The notes beneath the pieces are model-generated. The model was given only the letters and a program-made list of their open reading frames with translations, searched no databases and had not been told where the DNA came from. A program made the translations under genes and the position numbers. Source: Psychrobacter sp. DM4 (GTDB lineage Bacteria > Pseudomonadota > Gammaproteobacteria > Pseudomonadales > Moraxellaceae). Taken from it: a stretch of DNA of 32,000 bases. Positions 20,173 through 30,997 of the stretch are shown here, in pieces; positions within the stretch are counted from its first letter, which is position 1; the number at the start of each line of letters is the position of its first letter. The stretch covers positions 2,730,001 to 2,762,000 of the forward strand of contig NZ_CP195536.1 in the NCBI RefSeq assembly GCF_051307035.1, in the 5' to 3' direction.

Positions 20173-21408
20173 ATGCAAGAATTAACCCCACCAGAAAACA
20201 CCTCTACGCCAAGTATTTCTTTGACGCCGCCTGAACCGGTAAAAGAGATTCAAAGAAGCGAAGCGGATCAGATGGTTAAGTTAGATGAGAGTCAAATTCC
20301 AGAGCTCGATGCCAAAGTCGATGCGTTCGTTGATCATGTGTTGACTAATTCTGTGCATAGCCCTGAGTTTCAACAAAACGTGCAATCTATTCATAATTTA
20401 GGTACCAAAGAGATCCGTGAGTCTGCACAGGTCTCTAATCGAATGCTGGACTTACCCGCTAAGAGCCTAAACGACGGTCTGTTTGATAATTCTCCCATTG
20501 CCAAATCGCTTACTGAACTGCGCGGCATCGTAGAAGACTTAGACCCTAGCAAAAAACAATTGACCAGCTCGCGCAAGTTGTTCGGTTTGATCCCCTTTGG
20601 CAATAAAGTGCAAGATTATTTTCGGCAGTATGAGTCAGCACAGTCGCACATTAATGCGGTCGTCACTAGCCTCTATAATGGTAAAGACGAGCTGCTAAAA
20701 GACAATGCCACTATTGAGCAGGAAAAAGTCAATATGTGGGAGCTGATGCAATCGATACGTCAATATGTCTACGTTGGCAAAAAGATCGATGAGCAGCTGG
20801 AGCAAAAAGTCTATGCGATAGAGGCGACAGATCCTGACAAAGCGCGCATCATCAAAGAAGAGATGCTATTTTATGTGCGTCAAAAGAATACGGACTTCCT
20901 AACGCAATTAGCAGTCAATGTGCAAGGTTACTTGGCACTCGATACCATTCGCAAAAATAATTTGGAGCTGATTAAAGGCGTTGATCGTGCGACGACGACT
21001 ACAGTTTCAGCATTACGTACCGCTGTTGTCGTTGCACAGGCAATGACCAATCAAAAACTCGTGCTCGATCAGATTACCGCACTTAATAAAACAACCAGCA
21101 GTTTAATTGAGTCGACCTCTGAGATGCTCAAACGTCAATCGGGTGAAATTCATGAGCAGGCAACCAGTAGCACCATTGAGCTTGATAAATTACAAAACGC
21201 CTTTAATAATGTCTATGACACCATGGACATGATTAGCAACTACAAAATTGAGGCGCTAGAGAATATGAAGCAAACGGTCAATACTTTGACGACTGAAGTG
21301 GATAAAGCTCAAAAGTATCTTGATAAGTCTAATCAGACAACAGTGATAGAGGTGTCAAAGGAGCTTGATAGTAAATCCATAACGGACAAATCTGGTATCG
21401 ACATCTAA
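20173..21408 (+). CDS. telA: TelA-family toxic anion resistance protein
   Basis: 411 aa, all-helical and coiled-coil-like, with TelA-type central blocks (LDPSK...LFGLIPFGNKVQDYFRQYESAQSHINAVVTSL). The ATG at 20173 has an AAGGAG Shine-Dalgarno; the track's upstream extension is rejected. Confidence 0.8.
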   Translation: MQELTPPENTSTPSISLTPPEPVKEIQRSEADQMVKLDESQIPELDAKVDAFVDHVLTNSVHSPEFQQNVQSIHNLGTKEIRESAQVSNRMLDLPAKSLNDGLFDNSPIAKSLTELRGIVEDLDPSKKQLTSSRKLFGLIPFGNKVQDYFRQYESAQSHINAVVTSLYNGKDELLKDNATIEQEKVNMWELMQSIRQYVYVGKKIDEQLEQKVYAIEATDPDKARIIKEEMLFYVRQKNTDFLTQLAVNVQGYLALDTIRKNNLELIKGVDRATTTTVSALRTAVVVAQAMTNQKLVLDQITALNKTTSSLIESTSEMLKRQSGEIHEQATSSTIELDKLQNAFNNVYDTMDMISNYKIEALENMKQTVNTLTTEVDKAQKYLDKSNQTTVIEVSKELDSKSITDKSGIDI

Positions 21409-21582
21409 AAGAGCTAAGTGTTATCAGCTCCTTTGGTTTGGCTCTATAGATTTGTAGGTATTTAAGTCTTAAGTGTTTGCCCCATTCGCCGCTTCGCTGC
21501 GAACAATAGACGTCAGATATTACATCGTCGTTCGTGGTAAGATAGCGCTTACTAATAATTTTAAAAATAGAAATGGTAATTT

Positions 21583-23838
21583 ATGAGTTGGAATGATCCA
21601 AACGCCTCAAGCGAGGCACAAAAATATGACAATCCTATTCCTAGTCGTGAGCTGATACTCAGCACGATTACTGAGCAGGGCGAAGCGACCCATCAGCAAT
21701 TGGCAAAAGCCTTTGGAATAGATGATCCTGATCAATTTGACGCGTTAGGCAACCGTCTAAAAGCCATGGCTCGTGATGGTCAAGTCAACCGTGATGGGCG
21801 TCCTTATCGTTATCGTACGGTCACGCAGCACGATGTGGTTGAGGGTACGGTCTCTGCACACGCCAAAGGTTTTGGTTTTGTACTGCTCAGTGATATGCCT
21901 GATTTGTTCTTGCATGAAAAGCAGATGCGCTGGGTCTTTAACGGCGACACTGTTGCGGCGGTTGCGACCTCTACAGATAATCGTGGTCGCACCGAAGGGC
22001 GTATCGTTGATGTGGTTGAGCGTCAACAAAATCAGTTCATCGGTACTCTGGCTCGTGATGAAGACGGCTACTGTGTTGAGCTGGGTAGTCCCAATAACCA
22101 TCAACCGATTACGGTTACTGATGACAATGTCAAAGCGCTAAATCTTAAGCAGGGTGCTCCTGTCAAAGTCAACATTATCGATTGGCCAAATCAGCATGAG
22201 TTCTCTACTGGTAAAATCATAGAAGTGCTATCCGATGAAAATGACCGCGAGCTCATCATTGAGACAACTTTGCTCAATTATGATATTCCATCAGAGTTTA
22301 GTGAGGCGACGCTTAAACAAGCGAATGATTATAAAGAGCCAACTGAGAAAGACATCAAAGGTCGTACAGATTTGCGTGATCTGCCCCTAGTCACTATCGA
22401 TGGCGAAGATGCTCGCGATTTTGATGACGCAGTATTCGCTGAAAAACGCTCTGGTGGCAATTACCGCGTCGTCGTGGCAATCGCTGATGTCAGTCATTAT
22501 GTGACGCCAAACTCTTCTTTGGATGTCGAGGCATATGAGCGCGGTACATCCGTTTACTTCCCGCATCGAGTCATTCCGATGTTACCTGAAGTACTGTCAA
22601 ACGGACTATGTTCACTGAACCCTGACGTCGATCGTCTGTGTATGGTTGCAGATATCAAAGTATCACGCGCTGGCAAAGTGACAGGATACGAGTTTTATCC
22701 TGCGGTGATTCATTCGCAAGCGCGTCTGACTTATAATCAAGTGAATGACTATTTCAAAAATCCGGAAGATGACAGCATTCCAAAGTCGCTCACAGGCAAT
22801 AAGGACGTCAAGAAGTCTATCGATACGCTACATCAGCTTTATGACTTGCTCATTCAAAAGCGTGAAGAGCGTCATGCGATGGAGTTTGAAACGGTTGAAA
22901 CTTATATCAAGTTCAACGAGACGGGCGGTATCGCAGCGATCGTACCGCGTACTCGCGGTGATGCTCATAAGCTGATCGAAGAGTGTATGCTTCTTGCTAA
23001 TACTTGTGCGGCGAACTTTGCGCTCAAACAAGAGCTACCTGTGCTGTATCGTAACCATGATAAGCCAGATGGCGAGAAGTCAATGCGCGTACATGAGTAT
23101 GCCAAAAACTTTGGCTTATCCTTCCCAGTAGAGAACCCAACGCAAGCGGATTATCAGCGCATTATCGAGGCGACCAAAGACCGTCCCGATGCCATTAGCG
23201 TGCATAGCATGTTGCTGCGCTCAATGATGCAGGCCAACTATGCGCCAGACAATATCGGTCATTTTGGTTTGGCTTACGATGAGTACAGCCATTTCACTTC
23301 ACCGATTCGCCGCTATCCAGATCTTATGCTCCATCGTGCGATTAAAGCAAAAGTGACAGGTAGCAAACAGCCCGTGATGGATTTCTCATTAGATGGTGCT
23401 GGCACGCAAACTTCAGATACTGAGCGCCGTGCGGAAAAAGCCTCACGCTATGTAGAGTCTTGGCTCAAATGTCATTACATGACTGATCATGTCGGCGAAG
23501 AGTTCGAAGGCGTGGTCACGAGTGTGACTAACTTTGGCCTGTTTGTGACCTTGACCGATCTGTACATCGATGGCCTCGTGCATATCTCAAACGTTGGCGA
23601 TGACTTCTTTGTTTATGATGAAAAGCAGCAGCAGCTCATCGGTAAAGACAAAGGCGGTTTGTTTGGACTTGGCGATACCGTAAAAGTAAAAGTCGCTGGC
23701 GTCAATATGGACCTGTTACAGATTGATTTTGATTTGACAGCCAAGGTAAAAGCCAGCGCTATGAACCAAAGCAAGAAAGAGCAGTCCAAAAAATCACCCG
23801 CTAAGAAAAGTAGCCGTGGCAGAAGTAAGAAAAACTAG
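21583..23838 (+). CDS. rnr: Ribonuclease R
   Basis: Colinear with E. coli RNase R. Matches include KYDNPIPSRE at the N-terminus and the RNB catalytic core DLRDLPLVTIDGEDARDFDDAV, plus GTSVYFPHRVIPMLPEVLSNGLCSLNP and HFGL...YSHFTSPIRRYPDL. It also has an S1 domain and a Lys-rich tail. Confidence 0.95.
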   Translation: MSWNDPNASSEAQKYDNPIPSRELILSTITEQGEATHQQLAKAFGIDDPDQFDALGNRLKAMARDGQVNRDGRPYRYRTVTQHDVVEGTVSAHAKGFGFVLLSDMPDLFLHEKQMRWVFNGDTVAAVATSTDNRGRTEGRIVDVVERQQNQFIGTLARDEDGYCVELGSPNNHQPITVTDDNVKALNLKQGAPVKVNIIDWPNQHEFSTGKIIEVLSDENDRELIIETTLLNYDIPSEFSEATLKQANDYKEPTEKDIKGRTDLRDLPLVTIDGEDARDFDDAVFAEKRSGGNYRVVVAIADVSHYVTPNSSLDVEAYERGTSVYFPHRVIPMLPEVLSNGLCSLNPDVDRLCMVADIKVSRAGKVTGYEFYPAVIHSQARLTYNQVNDYFKNPEDDSIPKSLTGNKDVKKSIDTLHQLYDLLIQKREERHAMEFETVETYIKFNETGGIAAIVPRTRGDAHKLIEECMLLANTCAANFALKQELPVLYRNHDKPDGEKSMRVHEYAKNFGLSFPVENPTQADYQRIIEATKDRPDAISVHSMLLRSMMQANYAPDNIGHFGLAYDEYSHFTSPIRRYPDLMLHRAIKAKVTGSKQPVMDFSLDGAGTQTSDTERRAEKASRYVESWLKCHYMTDHVGEEFEGVVTSVTNFGLFVTLTDLYIDGLVHISNVGDDFFVYDEKQQQLIGKDKGGLFGLGDTVKVKVAGVNMDLLQIDFDLTAKVKASAMNQSKKEQSKKSPAKKSSRGRSKKN

Positions 23839-23860
23839 TTTGGTATAGTTTCAATATATA

Positions 23861-23914
23861 CTACAAAACAATAAAAAGGCTAACGATAACGTTAGCCTTT
23901 TTATTGTTTTGTAG
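23861..23914. terminator. Bidirectional terminator: 25-bp perfect inverted repeat
   Basis: CTACAAAACAATAAAAAGGCTAACG-ATAA-CGTTAGCCTTTTTATTGTTTTGTAG. The GC core GGCTAACG/CGTTAGCC is flanked by A and T runs. It lies between convergent rnr and the small minus-strand gene. Confidence 0.8.
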
Positions 23915-23978
23915 TAAGGAAGATATAGTTCGCTCTTTTCACTAAGTTACATCTCCACAGGCACTATTCTATCCATGA

Positions 23979-24272
23979 CTATTGAACACTTTCTTGCATC
24001 TGCTCAAGACGTTGTTGTTCAGCCTGCTGTGCCTGCTTGATGTCAGCCGTCACGTTATCGATAATGGCTTTAGGTTGTTCGCCTAATGGCTGTTCTGCTC
24101 TATTATTATTCATCTCGTTATCACTTTTAGTCATTACTGGCGTATCATTATTTACTAGCGCTGCTCTGTTTTTTTCATGAAAATAATTGTTGATAATATT
24201 AAAGCCAAGCAGCATAAGTACAGTTGCAAGAGTAAAGACTATTAGATGTTTTCTTTGCATAGCTGTCACCAT
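23979..24272 (-). CDS. Small single-pass membrane protein, hypothetical
   Basis: One N-terminal TM helix (LIVFTLATVLMLLGFNIINNYF) and a Gln/Glu-rich C-terminus. It lies 40-90 nt downstream of the MscS gene on the same strand. The start is ambiguous (TTG 24311, ATG 24272 or ATG 24260). Confidence 0.5.
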   Translation of the reverse strand: MVTAMQRKHLIVFTLATVLMLLGFNIINNYFHEKNRAALVNNDTPVMTKSDNEMNNNRAEQPLGEQPKAIIDNVTADIKQAQQAEQQRLEQMQESVQ

Positions 24273-24352
24273 ATGTTGAATGTGTTTGATAATCTTTGAT
24301 AGCTGGAACAATCTGAGTCGTTGGATATATCCAGGTTGGTTTGTCTATCGAT

Positions 24353-25966
24353 TTACTCTTGCGGGCTATTATTGTTAAGCAAGTCCGTTTCGTCAGAGTT
24401 TTCAGCGATTTCTTGTTCAACTTTTTCCATGAGCTTGTCGTCAGGACGCGCGTTCAACACCTCATCCGCATTGCGACCTTGCAAAATATATTTGGCACGA
24501 GCCTTAGCACGCTTTTTGTCCTCATCGTCATTGTTGACGTCACTTAGCTTAATGTCTTTTGCAGGTTCTGGTGTCGTCGGGGTGATACTCATATCTGTAT
24601 TTTGACTGTTATCTTGCTCATGTAGAACTTGACCAAACTCTAGAGCTTTTTCTACCTTGTCATTAAAACGCAGGCGATAAATAGGCTCAGGCAGACTGAA
24701 ACCTTCGTTTTCTAGCGCATGTTTGGTTTCGCGAATCGCAATACTACGTGCTTTATAAAAGTCTGTTTCCGACTGATTGACCCAAACTTGAAACTCCAAA
24801 ATAATATTGGAGTCGCCCACATTGGTAATAATAGCAATGGATCTAGGGTTATCTAATACAAAATCTAAAGTATAGATTGCATCTAGACCCACCTTAATGG
24901 CAGCTAACGGATCGTCATTGGCATCGACGCCAAGCTCAAAAGTAAAGCGGCGTTCAGGGTTTTTGGTATAGTTCAAGATAGTGCCTTTGAACACCTCGGC
25001 GTTTGGAATACGTAATTGGTTACCATCTAAAGTCATCAAAATCGTCGCCCGTGAGGTTAATCTGACAACGATGCCCTCTTGACCATTGATGACGACTTGA
25101 TCGCGCGCGCGAAAAGGTTGGCGTATACTGAGCATAAGAGAGGCAATATAATTCTCAATGGTGTCTTTGACCGCAAAACCGACAGCGATACCGATAACGC
25201 CTGCGCCCCCAAGTAACGTACCAAGGACGGTTTCTGCACCAATTAAACTCAAAGCAAGTATCAGCCCAAAAATAATAAAAATGACTTTGACGGTTTGCGA
25301 TAGTAATTCTGCTACAAACGGATTGGGCGTCAGGCGTTGCCACATCTGTTTACGATTAGACAGCCAACTGCCAAACCAGGTAACTAGACCAAAGATGATA
25401 ATACCGACTAAGAGTAAAGGAATGGCTTTGAGTAAGTTTTTGCCTTGTGTCTTTAAACCTTGGTAGACTGTTGAGACGTTATCTTGTACGTCCAATGTGC
25501 GATCAATTTGGTCATCTACGGTGACGACATCCGTCAAGCGATTGGTCAAATTGATCGCTTGCTGCGCTTTTTTCTCGTTTGCAGTCTCACCGCTTAGTGT
25601 CACAACGCCTTGAGAGACACTAACGTTAATTGCTTGTAGACCGTCAATCTCCGAAAATATTCCATTAATACGCGTACGAATGTCGTTGTCTTTGAGCGGC
25701 GTTGGCGTGGTCTCTATTTGAGCATTGTTGGTACTTTGTCCATTGACAGCGGGCGGCGAATTTGGCGCTTCAGTCTCACTATCTGACGCTATCGCCTCGC
25801 TACCTTCCACGCCTAGGGCACTGGCTACCCCTGCTATATCCTCTGATGCGGCGTGACTAGGCACACCCAACATCACGCTGATTAGCAGCAAGCTGATTAT
25901 ATAGCTCGGTATCAGTTTTAGTATAGATAGCTCTTTGTGTATAGATAAGCTGGAGTTAGTCGTCAT
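24353..25966 (-). CDS. MscS-family mechanosensitive channel with N-terminal signal peptide and BON-like domain
   Basis: Signal-like N-terminus (...GVPSHAAS). BON-like segment (IRTRINGIFSEIDGLQAINVSVSQGVVTLSGETANEKKAQQAINL). TM helices, then the MscS beta-domain (RQPFRARDQVVINGQEGIVVRLTSRATILMTLDGNQLRIPNAEVF). Confidence 0.85.
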   Translation of the reverse strand: MTTNSSLSIHKELSILKLIPSYIISLLLISVMLGVPSHAASEDIAGVASALGVEGSEAIASDSETEAPNSPPAVNGQSTNNAQIETTPTPLKDNDIRTRINGIFSEIDGLQAINVSVSQGVVTLSGETANEKKAQQAINLTNRLTDVVTVDDQIDRTLDVQDNVSTVYQGLKTQGKNLLKAIPLLLVGIIIFGLVTWFGSWLSNRKQMWQRLTPNPFVAELLSQTVKVIFIIFGLILALSLIGAETVLGTLLGGAGVIGIAVGFAVKDTIENYIASLMLSIRQPFRARDQVVINGQEGIVVRLTSRATILMTLDGNQLRIPNAEVFKGTILNYTKNPERRFTFELGVDANDDPLAAIKVGLDAIYTLDFVLDNPRSIAIITNVGDSNIILEFQVWVNQSETDFYKARSIAIRETKHALENEGFSLPEPIYRLRFNDKVEKALEFGQVLHEQDNSQNTDMSITPTTPEPAKDIKLSDVNNDDEDKKRAKARAKYILQGRNADEVLNARPDDKLMEKVEQEIAENSDETDLLNNNSPQE

Positions 25967-26077
25967 AAATACTCTTAGTGAAATTGCCTCTTGTAATATT
26001 GCATCGTTTTGTCGATTTTTATGAGATGCGCAAACCTAAACCTCTAGTCCTTCTAATCCACTTACGCAGATTTGAGA

Positions 26078-26815
26078 CTAAATATCTAGATATTGTTGTG
26101 CTGCGCTTAAATCTAGTGTGCCCTCATAGATGGCACGGCCTGTAACAATCCCTTCGATACAATCGCCAAAAGGCTTTAGCAGCTCGATATCTTTCATATC
26201 AGTGACGCCACCTGAAGCGATTACAGGCAATCCGCCTTCTCGCGCTAAGTTTACCGTCTGTTCGACATTGACGCCTTGCATCATGCCATCACGGGCAATA
26301 TCAGTATAGACAATGGATGAGACGCCAACATCAGCGAAACGTTTGGCAAGCTCAGTCGCTTTGGTATCAGTAACGTTCGCCCAGCCATGAGTGGCAACCA
26401 TACCGTCTTTGGCATCGATACCGACGATAATATGACCTGCGAACTCGCGACAAGCTTCGGTCACAAATTTAGGGTCTTCAACCGCTTTGGTACCGATGAT
26501 AATGTACGTCAGACCTGCGGTAATGTATTGCTCGATAGTCTGCATGGTACGTACACCGCCACCCAGTTGGATAGGTAGATTGGGATAAGCTTTGGCAATG
26601 TCATGTACCACATCTTTGTGAACCGGTACGCCATCAAAAGCACCGTTCAAATCCACTAGATGCAAGCGTCTTGCACCTGCATCTACCCAGCGCGCTGCCA
26701 TGGCGACAGGATCATCAGAGAATACGGTATCATCCTCCATCCGGCCTTGTTTCAGACGTACACATTTACCATCTTTTAAGTCGATAGCAGGGATAATCAC
26801 TGGAGCAGAACACAT
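26078..26815 (-). CDS. hisA: ProFAR isomerase (histidine biosynthesis)
   Basis: [18 protein letters not shown] at the N-terminus, with GGGVR and ASGGV phosphate-binding motifs. At 245 aa the length is typical of HisA. Confidence 0.92.
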   Translation of the reverse strand: MCSAPVIIPAIDLKDGKCVRLKQGRMEDDTVFSDDPVAMAARWVDAGARRLHLVDLNGAFDGVPVHKDVVHDIAKAYPNLPIQLGGGVRTMQTIEQYITAGLTYIIIGTKAVEDPKFVTEACREFAGHIIVGIDAKDGMVATHGWANVTDTKATELAKRFADVGVSSIVYTDIARDGMMQGVNVEQTVNLAREGGLPVIASGGVTDMKDIELLKPFGDCIEGIVTGRAIYEGTLDLSAAQQYLDI

Positions 26816-27519
26816 ATTTTATTCCTTATAAAAACATAACACTGATGTCATCAACAGTAGAACGTATTGTTTTGATGAGATAGTAGAGCCTGCTAAAAAT
26901 CGGCACTAATATCAAGTAAATTCAATTAGTAACTGGCAATTTTAGGTCAATTTAGCGTATAATCCTAGGTAAATTTGTATTTGTTTTTATAGAATAATCA
27001 TCAGACTTTTGGTTTTTGTAACTAAGTTTGATAGTTGTCAGATATAGGTTATCGAATGATTAAAAGCTAATGAGCTACGTCCTCTACTTTGGTAGGAGTG
27101 GCTCATTTGTCAATTCAACGACAGACTTGCTTGTCGAATCGTTTGGATTTATTTTTTTTGACACGACAAGTTTATTATTAATGGCATGACAGATTCACTC
27201 TTACGAAGTTTGAGCTACTAGTTTGACTATTGTTAGAGCACTCTATCTATCATGTATCTTGGTAGCCGGTCACTAATTGGTACAACGAATAAGATATTGA
27301 CGTGTTGTTAAGGAGTCTAAGGTCAGCGTTGATATTTTTGTTAGCAGTACAGCTTGAGCGTATGTTTTGAGACACTTTATTTTTATTCTTGATCGTTAGT
27401 ATAGATCTAAGAGTAGAGAATTTTAGAATAGAGTGTACTCAATAACCGTTTTGGCGCGCTGCCGTTATACCAAACAGGACGTCTGGTATCGTTTTGAACT
27501 ATGGACTAAGTTTTCGCTT

Positions 27520-28869
27520 ATGATTACCATCAAAAAAGGTTTGGATTTGCCCATCACAGGTGAACCCTCCCGCGAGATATCCGAGCATCACCCTAAGCAC
27601 GTGGCCCTTGTCGGTTACGATTATGTGGGTATGAAACCTACGATGAACGTTGCAGAAGGTGATGTCGTAGCCAAAGGCCAACCTATCTTTGAAGACAAAA
27701 AACGCGTGGGTGTCATCTACACAGCACCTGCTGCAGGTACTGTCGTTGCGATCAAGCGTGGCGAGCGCCGTGTGTTTGAGAGCTTGGTTATTCAAGTTGA
27801 TCCGAAGGGTAAAGAAGTCGAGTTTGAGAGCTTTGACTCCGCTCGCATTGCTACGCTCGATTCAGAAGTAGTTGAAAAGCAGCTACTGGCCTCTGGTGAA
27901 TGGACAGCGTTTCGTACTCGTCCTTATAGCCGTGCGCCTGAGATTGGTGCGCGACCTCAAGCTATCTTTGTCACGGCTATCGATACCAATCCTTTGGCGT
28001 TCGACCCTATGCTGCTCATCACTGAGCACATGCAAGCATTCAACGATGGTATAGCGGTATTATCGACCCTTAGCCCAAAAACCTTTGTCTGTCATCATGC
28101 CGATGCCAAACTACCAGCGGTTACTCAGACTGCTGGCAGCAATGTGACTGAATATCATGCTTTTGCAGGTAAGCATCCAGCGGGTCTTGCTGGCACGCAT
28201 ATTCATTTCTTGCATCCTATCATGCGCGGCGTCACTGTGTGGACGATTGGCTATCAAGACGTCATCGCTATTGGCAAGCTGTTTACTACAGGTCGCCTGT
28301 ATACTCGACGCCTGATAAGTCTGGCAGGTCCTGCGGTTAAGAGTCCGCACCTAATTGCGACTGAGCGCGGCGCTGATCTGACTGCGTTGACACAAGGCAA
28401 GCTAGTAGAGGGTGATAATCGTGTAATCTCAGGTTCGGTATTATCGGGTCGTAGAATCTTTGATAATATCGCCTACCTTGGCCGTTTTCACGATCAGGTT
28501 AGCTCCTTAGTAGAAGGCTATGAGCGCCCAGCGTTTCACTTCTTTAGCCCTGGTAAAAACCGTTTTTCTAAATTGCCTATTTATATCTCACAGTTCTTTA
28601 AAAAGAAATACAACTTTACGACGACGACTAATGGCTCACCAAGAGCAATGGTACCGATTGGTATCTACGAAGAGGTCATGCCACAAGACTATCTACCGAC
28701 GCAGCTACTACGTGCACTTATTATCGAAGATATGGTTACCGCTGTAGATCTAGGCGTACTTGAGCTGGACGAAGAAGACTTGGCACTATGCACCTTTGTC
28801 TCACCTGGTAAATATGAATATAGTGATATCTTGCGTGATAATTTGACGCGTATTGAGCTGGAGGGTTAA
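27520..28869 (+). CDS. nqrA: Na+-translocating NADH:quinone oxidoreductase subunit A
   Basis: [16 protein letters not shown] matches the Vibrio NqrA N-terminus ([14 protein letters not shown]). The track start at 27433 adds 29 unsupported residues. Confidence 0.93.
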   Translation: MITIKKGLDLPITGEPSREISEHHPKHVALVGYDYVGMKPTMNVAEGDVVAKGQPIFEDKKRVGVIYTAPAAGTVVAIKRGERRVFESLVIQVDPKGKEVEFESFDSARIATLDSEVVEKQLLASGEWTAFRTRPYSRAPEIGARPQAIFVTAIDTNPLAFDPMLLITEHMQAFNDGIAVLSTLSPKTFVCHHADAKLPAVTQTAGSNVTEYHAFAGKHPAGLAGTHIHFLHPIMRGVTVWTIGYQDVIAIGKLFTTGRLYTRRLISLAGPAVKSPHLIATERGADLTALTQGKLVEGDNRVISGSVLSGRRIFDNIAYLGRFHDQVSSLVEGYERPAFHFFSPGKNRFSKLPIYISQFFKKKYNFTTTTNGSPRAMVPIGIYEEVMPQDYLPTQLLRALIIEDMVTAVDLGVLELDEEDLALCTFVSPGKYEYSDILRDNLTRIELEG

Positions 28870-28874
28870 TCACG

Positions 28875-30110
28875 ATGAAATTTTTATACAATATGTTCGA
28901 TCGTATGGAGCCATCCTTTACCAAAGGTGGTAAACATGAGAAATACTACGCCATCTTTGAGATGTTCGATACGTTTTTGCGTCAACCTAGCTCAACGACT
29001 TTTACCTCATCGCATGTACGTGATGGTATCGATCTCAAGCGCATTATGATTACCGTATGGCTATGCACGTTCCCTGCAATGTTTTGGGGCATGTATAACG
29101 TCGGTCATCAAGCACTAACGGCTATTGCCCAATTGGGACTACAGCCCGACGGCTGGCGCACGATGATTACCAGTATGGTCGGCTACAATCCAGATAGTAT
29201 TTGGGCAAGTTTCGTCTATGGGGCCATGCAGTTTTTGCCGATATATATCGTCACCTTTGCGGTCGGTATTACCTGTGAGATTATATTTGCGGTAGTGCGT
29301 GGTCACGAAGTCAACGAAGGCTTCTTTGTGACCTCAGTGCTCTATGCGCTCATCATGCCGCCTGATATTCCTTTATGGCAAGTCGCCTTGGGTATTATCT
29401 TCGGGGTTGTGGTCGCAAAAGAAGTCTTTGGCGGTACCGGTAAGAACTTCTTGAACCCTGCCCTATCGGGCCGGGCGTTCTTGTACTTTGCTTATCCTGC
29501 TTATATGTCAGGGGATTCTGTCTGGACCGCTGTCGATGGATTCTCAGGCGCGACGCCACTTGGCCTTGCAGCGTTAGGGGTAACTCCAGAGAACTTTGAA
29601 AACGTTTATGGTCAAGCGATTACTTGGAGTGATGCCTTTTTCGGTAATATCCAAGGTAGCGTCGGTGAAGTATCGACACTTGCTATCCTAATCGGTGCGG
29701 TGTTCTTGTTATGGGCGCGTATCGCGTCATGGCGTATTATGGCAGGCTGTGTATTAGGTTTAATTGCCACATCGTTAGTATTTAACTGGATAGGTTCTGA
29801 AGAGAATCTAATGATGAATATGCCGTTCTACTGGCATCTGGTGATTGGTGGCTTTGCTTTTGGTGCTGTGTTTATGGCAACCGATCCGGTATCAGCCGCT
29901 CATACCAATAAAGGTCGCTGGGCTTATGGTATTTTGATTGGCTTTATGACGATACTCATTCGTGTGGTCAATCCCGCCTTCCCAGAAGGTATTATGTTAG
30001 CTATCTTGTTTGCTAACTTATTTGCGCCTTTGTTTGACTATTTTGTGACGCAAGCCAATATCAAGCGTCAAACCGCACGGAGGGTTCGTTATGTCCAAGC
30101 CCAAAAGTAA
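28875..30110 (+). CDS. nqrB: Na+-NQR subunit B
   Basis: Colinear with Vibrio NqrB ([56 protein letters not shown]). The FMN-attachment SGAT motif is present (DGFSGATP). Confidence 0.95.
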   Translation: MKFLYNMFDRMEPSFTKGGKHEKYYAIFEMFDTFLRQPSSTTFTSSHVRDGIDLKRIMITVWLCTFPAMFWGMYNVGHQALTAIAQLGLQPDGWRTMITSMVGYNPDSIWASFVYGAMQFLPIYIVTFAVGITCEIIFAVVRGHEVNEGFFVTSVLYALIMPPDIPLWQVALGIIFGVVVAKEVFGGTGKNFLNPALSGRAFLYFAYPAYMSGDSVWTAVDGFSGATPLGLAALGVTPENFENVYGQAITWSDAFFGNIQGSVGEVSTLAILIGAVFLLWARIASWRIMAGCVLGLIATSLVFNWIGSEENLMMNMPFYWHLVIGGFAFGAVFMATDPVSAAHTNKGRWAYGILIGFMTILIRVVNPAFPEGIMLAILFANLFAPLFDYFVTQANIKRQTARRVRYVQAQK

Positions 30111-30996
30111 TAATGCAAAAACCATCAGTGTCGCACTTACGCTATGTTTGGTGTGTTCGGTACTGGTCTCAGCAGTTGCTGTCGGTCTCAAGCCTGCACA
30201 AGTTGAAAACGCGCGCCTTGATCGTAACAAGAATATTTTGGTAGCAGCGGGTCTTTATAACGCTGAGTCTGACACTGCTGAAGACGTAGTTGAGCGCTTC
30301 AAAGAATTTGATGTCGAGATTGTTGACCTAACCAAAGGCAGCTATCTGGACGACAATGCACTTATAGATGTCGGTATCCCAGATCGTAATGCTTATGACG
30401 CCAGTCAAGCGACCAAAAACGCAGCGTTGAGCGAAGACTTAGGTAGCAATGACCCTGCAAGTATCGGCCGCGTGCCAAAATATGCCAAAGTCTATGTCAA
30501 AAATGACGAAGCGGGCAACCCTGAAATGGTTGTATTACCTATCCAAGGCTATGGCCTATGGGGCACTATCTATGGATTCTTGACGCTTGAGAGCGATATG
30601 AATACCATTAAGGGCATCAGCTTTTATGAGCATAAAGAAACTCCAGGACTTGGCGCTCGTATCGAAGAGGCTGATTGGCGTGCCAAATGGCAAGGCATTC
30701 ACTCTTATGATGAAAGTGGGAATGTCGCCACTGGCGTAACCAAAGCGGGTAATCCAAAAGAGAACTGGGTCGATGGTATTAGCGGTGCAACCCTTACCGG
30801 ACGCGGCGTGAGTAACATGATTCAGTTTTGGTTAGGTGAGCAAGGCTACAAGCCTTACTTAGACGCTTTGCGTCAAGAGAGCGGTGAAACTATCGATAAT
30901 ACTGAAGCGCAAGCTCAATTATCAGATGACAAAGCTGCACAACCCACCACCGATCTGGCAGCAAAGTCGCCAGTAGCAAACGGCAAGGAGGCATAA
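30091..30996 (+). CDS. nqrC: Na+-NQR subunit C, with an extra ~40-aa C-terminal tail
   Basis: N-terminal TM anchor and the ETPGLGA block. The FMN-attachment motif [12 protein letters not shown] is present. It overlaps nqrB by 20 nt. Confidence 0.93.
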   Translation: MSKPKSNNAKTISVALTLCLVCSVLVSAVAVGLKPAQVENARLDRNKNILVAAGLYNAESDTAEDVVERFKEFDVEIVDLTKGSYLDDNALIDVGIPDRNAYDASQATKNAALSEDLGSNDPASIGRVPKYAKVYVKNDEAGNPEMVVLPIQGYGLWGTIYGFLTLESDMNTIKGISFYEHKETPGLGARIEEADWRAKWQGIHSYDESGNVATGVTKAGNPKENWVDGISGATLTGRGVSNMIQFWLGEQGYKPYLDALRQESGETIDNTEAQAQLSDDKAAQPTTDLAAKSPVANGKEA

Positions 30997-30997
30997 C

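Noticed and set aside
21757-23031. ORFs within or antisense to rnr (21757..22104, 21773..22141, 21810..21992, 22745..22975, 22828..23031).
   Set aside because: The rnr frame is colinear with RNase R throughout, so the alternative frames are chance ORFs.
23861-23914. The 25-bp perfect inverted repeat, considered as a MITE, protein-binding palindrome or recombination site.
   Set aside because: It sits exactly between two convergent genes, has a GC core flanked by A and T runs, and has a 4-nt loop. An extended bidirectional intrinsic terminator is the simplest explanation, and no second copy is in the window.
24199-25466. Short ORFs around the MscS gene and the small membrane-protein gene (24199..24420, 24321..24605, 24341..24547, 25057..25242, 25155..25343, 25158..25466).
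   Set aside because: They overlap the supported MscS frame or span the gene junction, and have no homology or ribosome-binding sites.
27433-27519. N-terminal extensions in the ORF track for nqrA (27433), telA (20137), thrS (17490) and the yqiA-like gene (7484).
   Set aside because: Homologous proteins begin at the internal Met ([18 protein letters not shown] with an AAGGAG Shine-Dalgarno, [17 protein letters not shown]). The upstream codons have no homology support.
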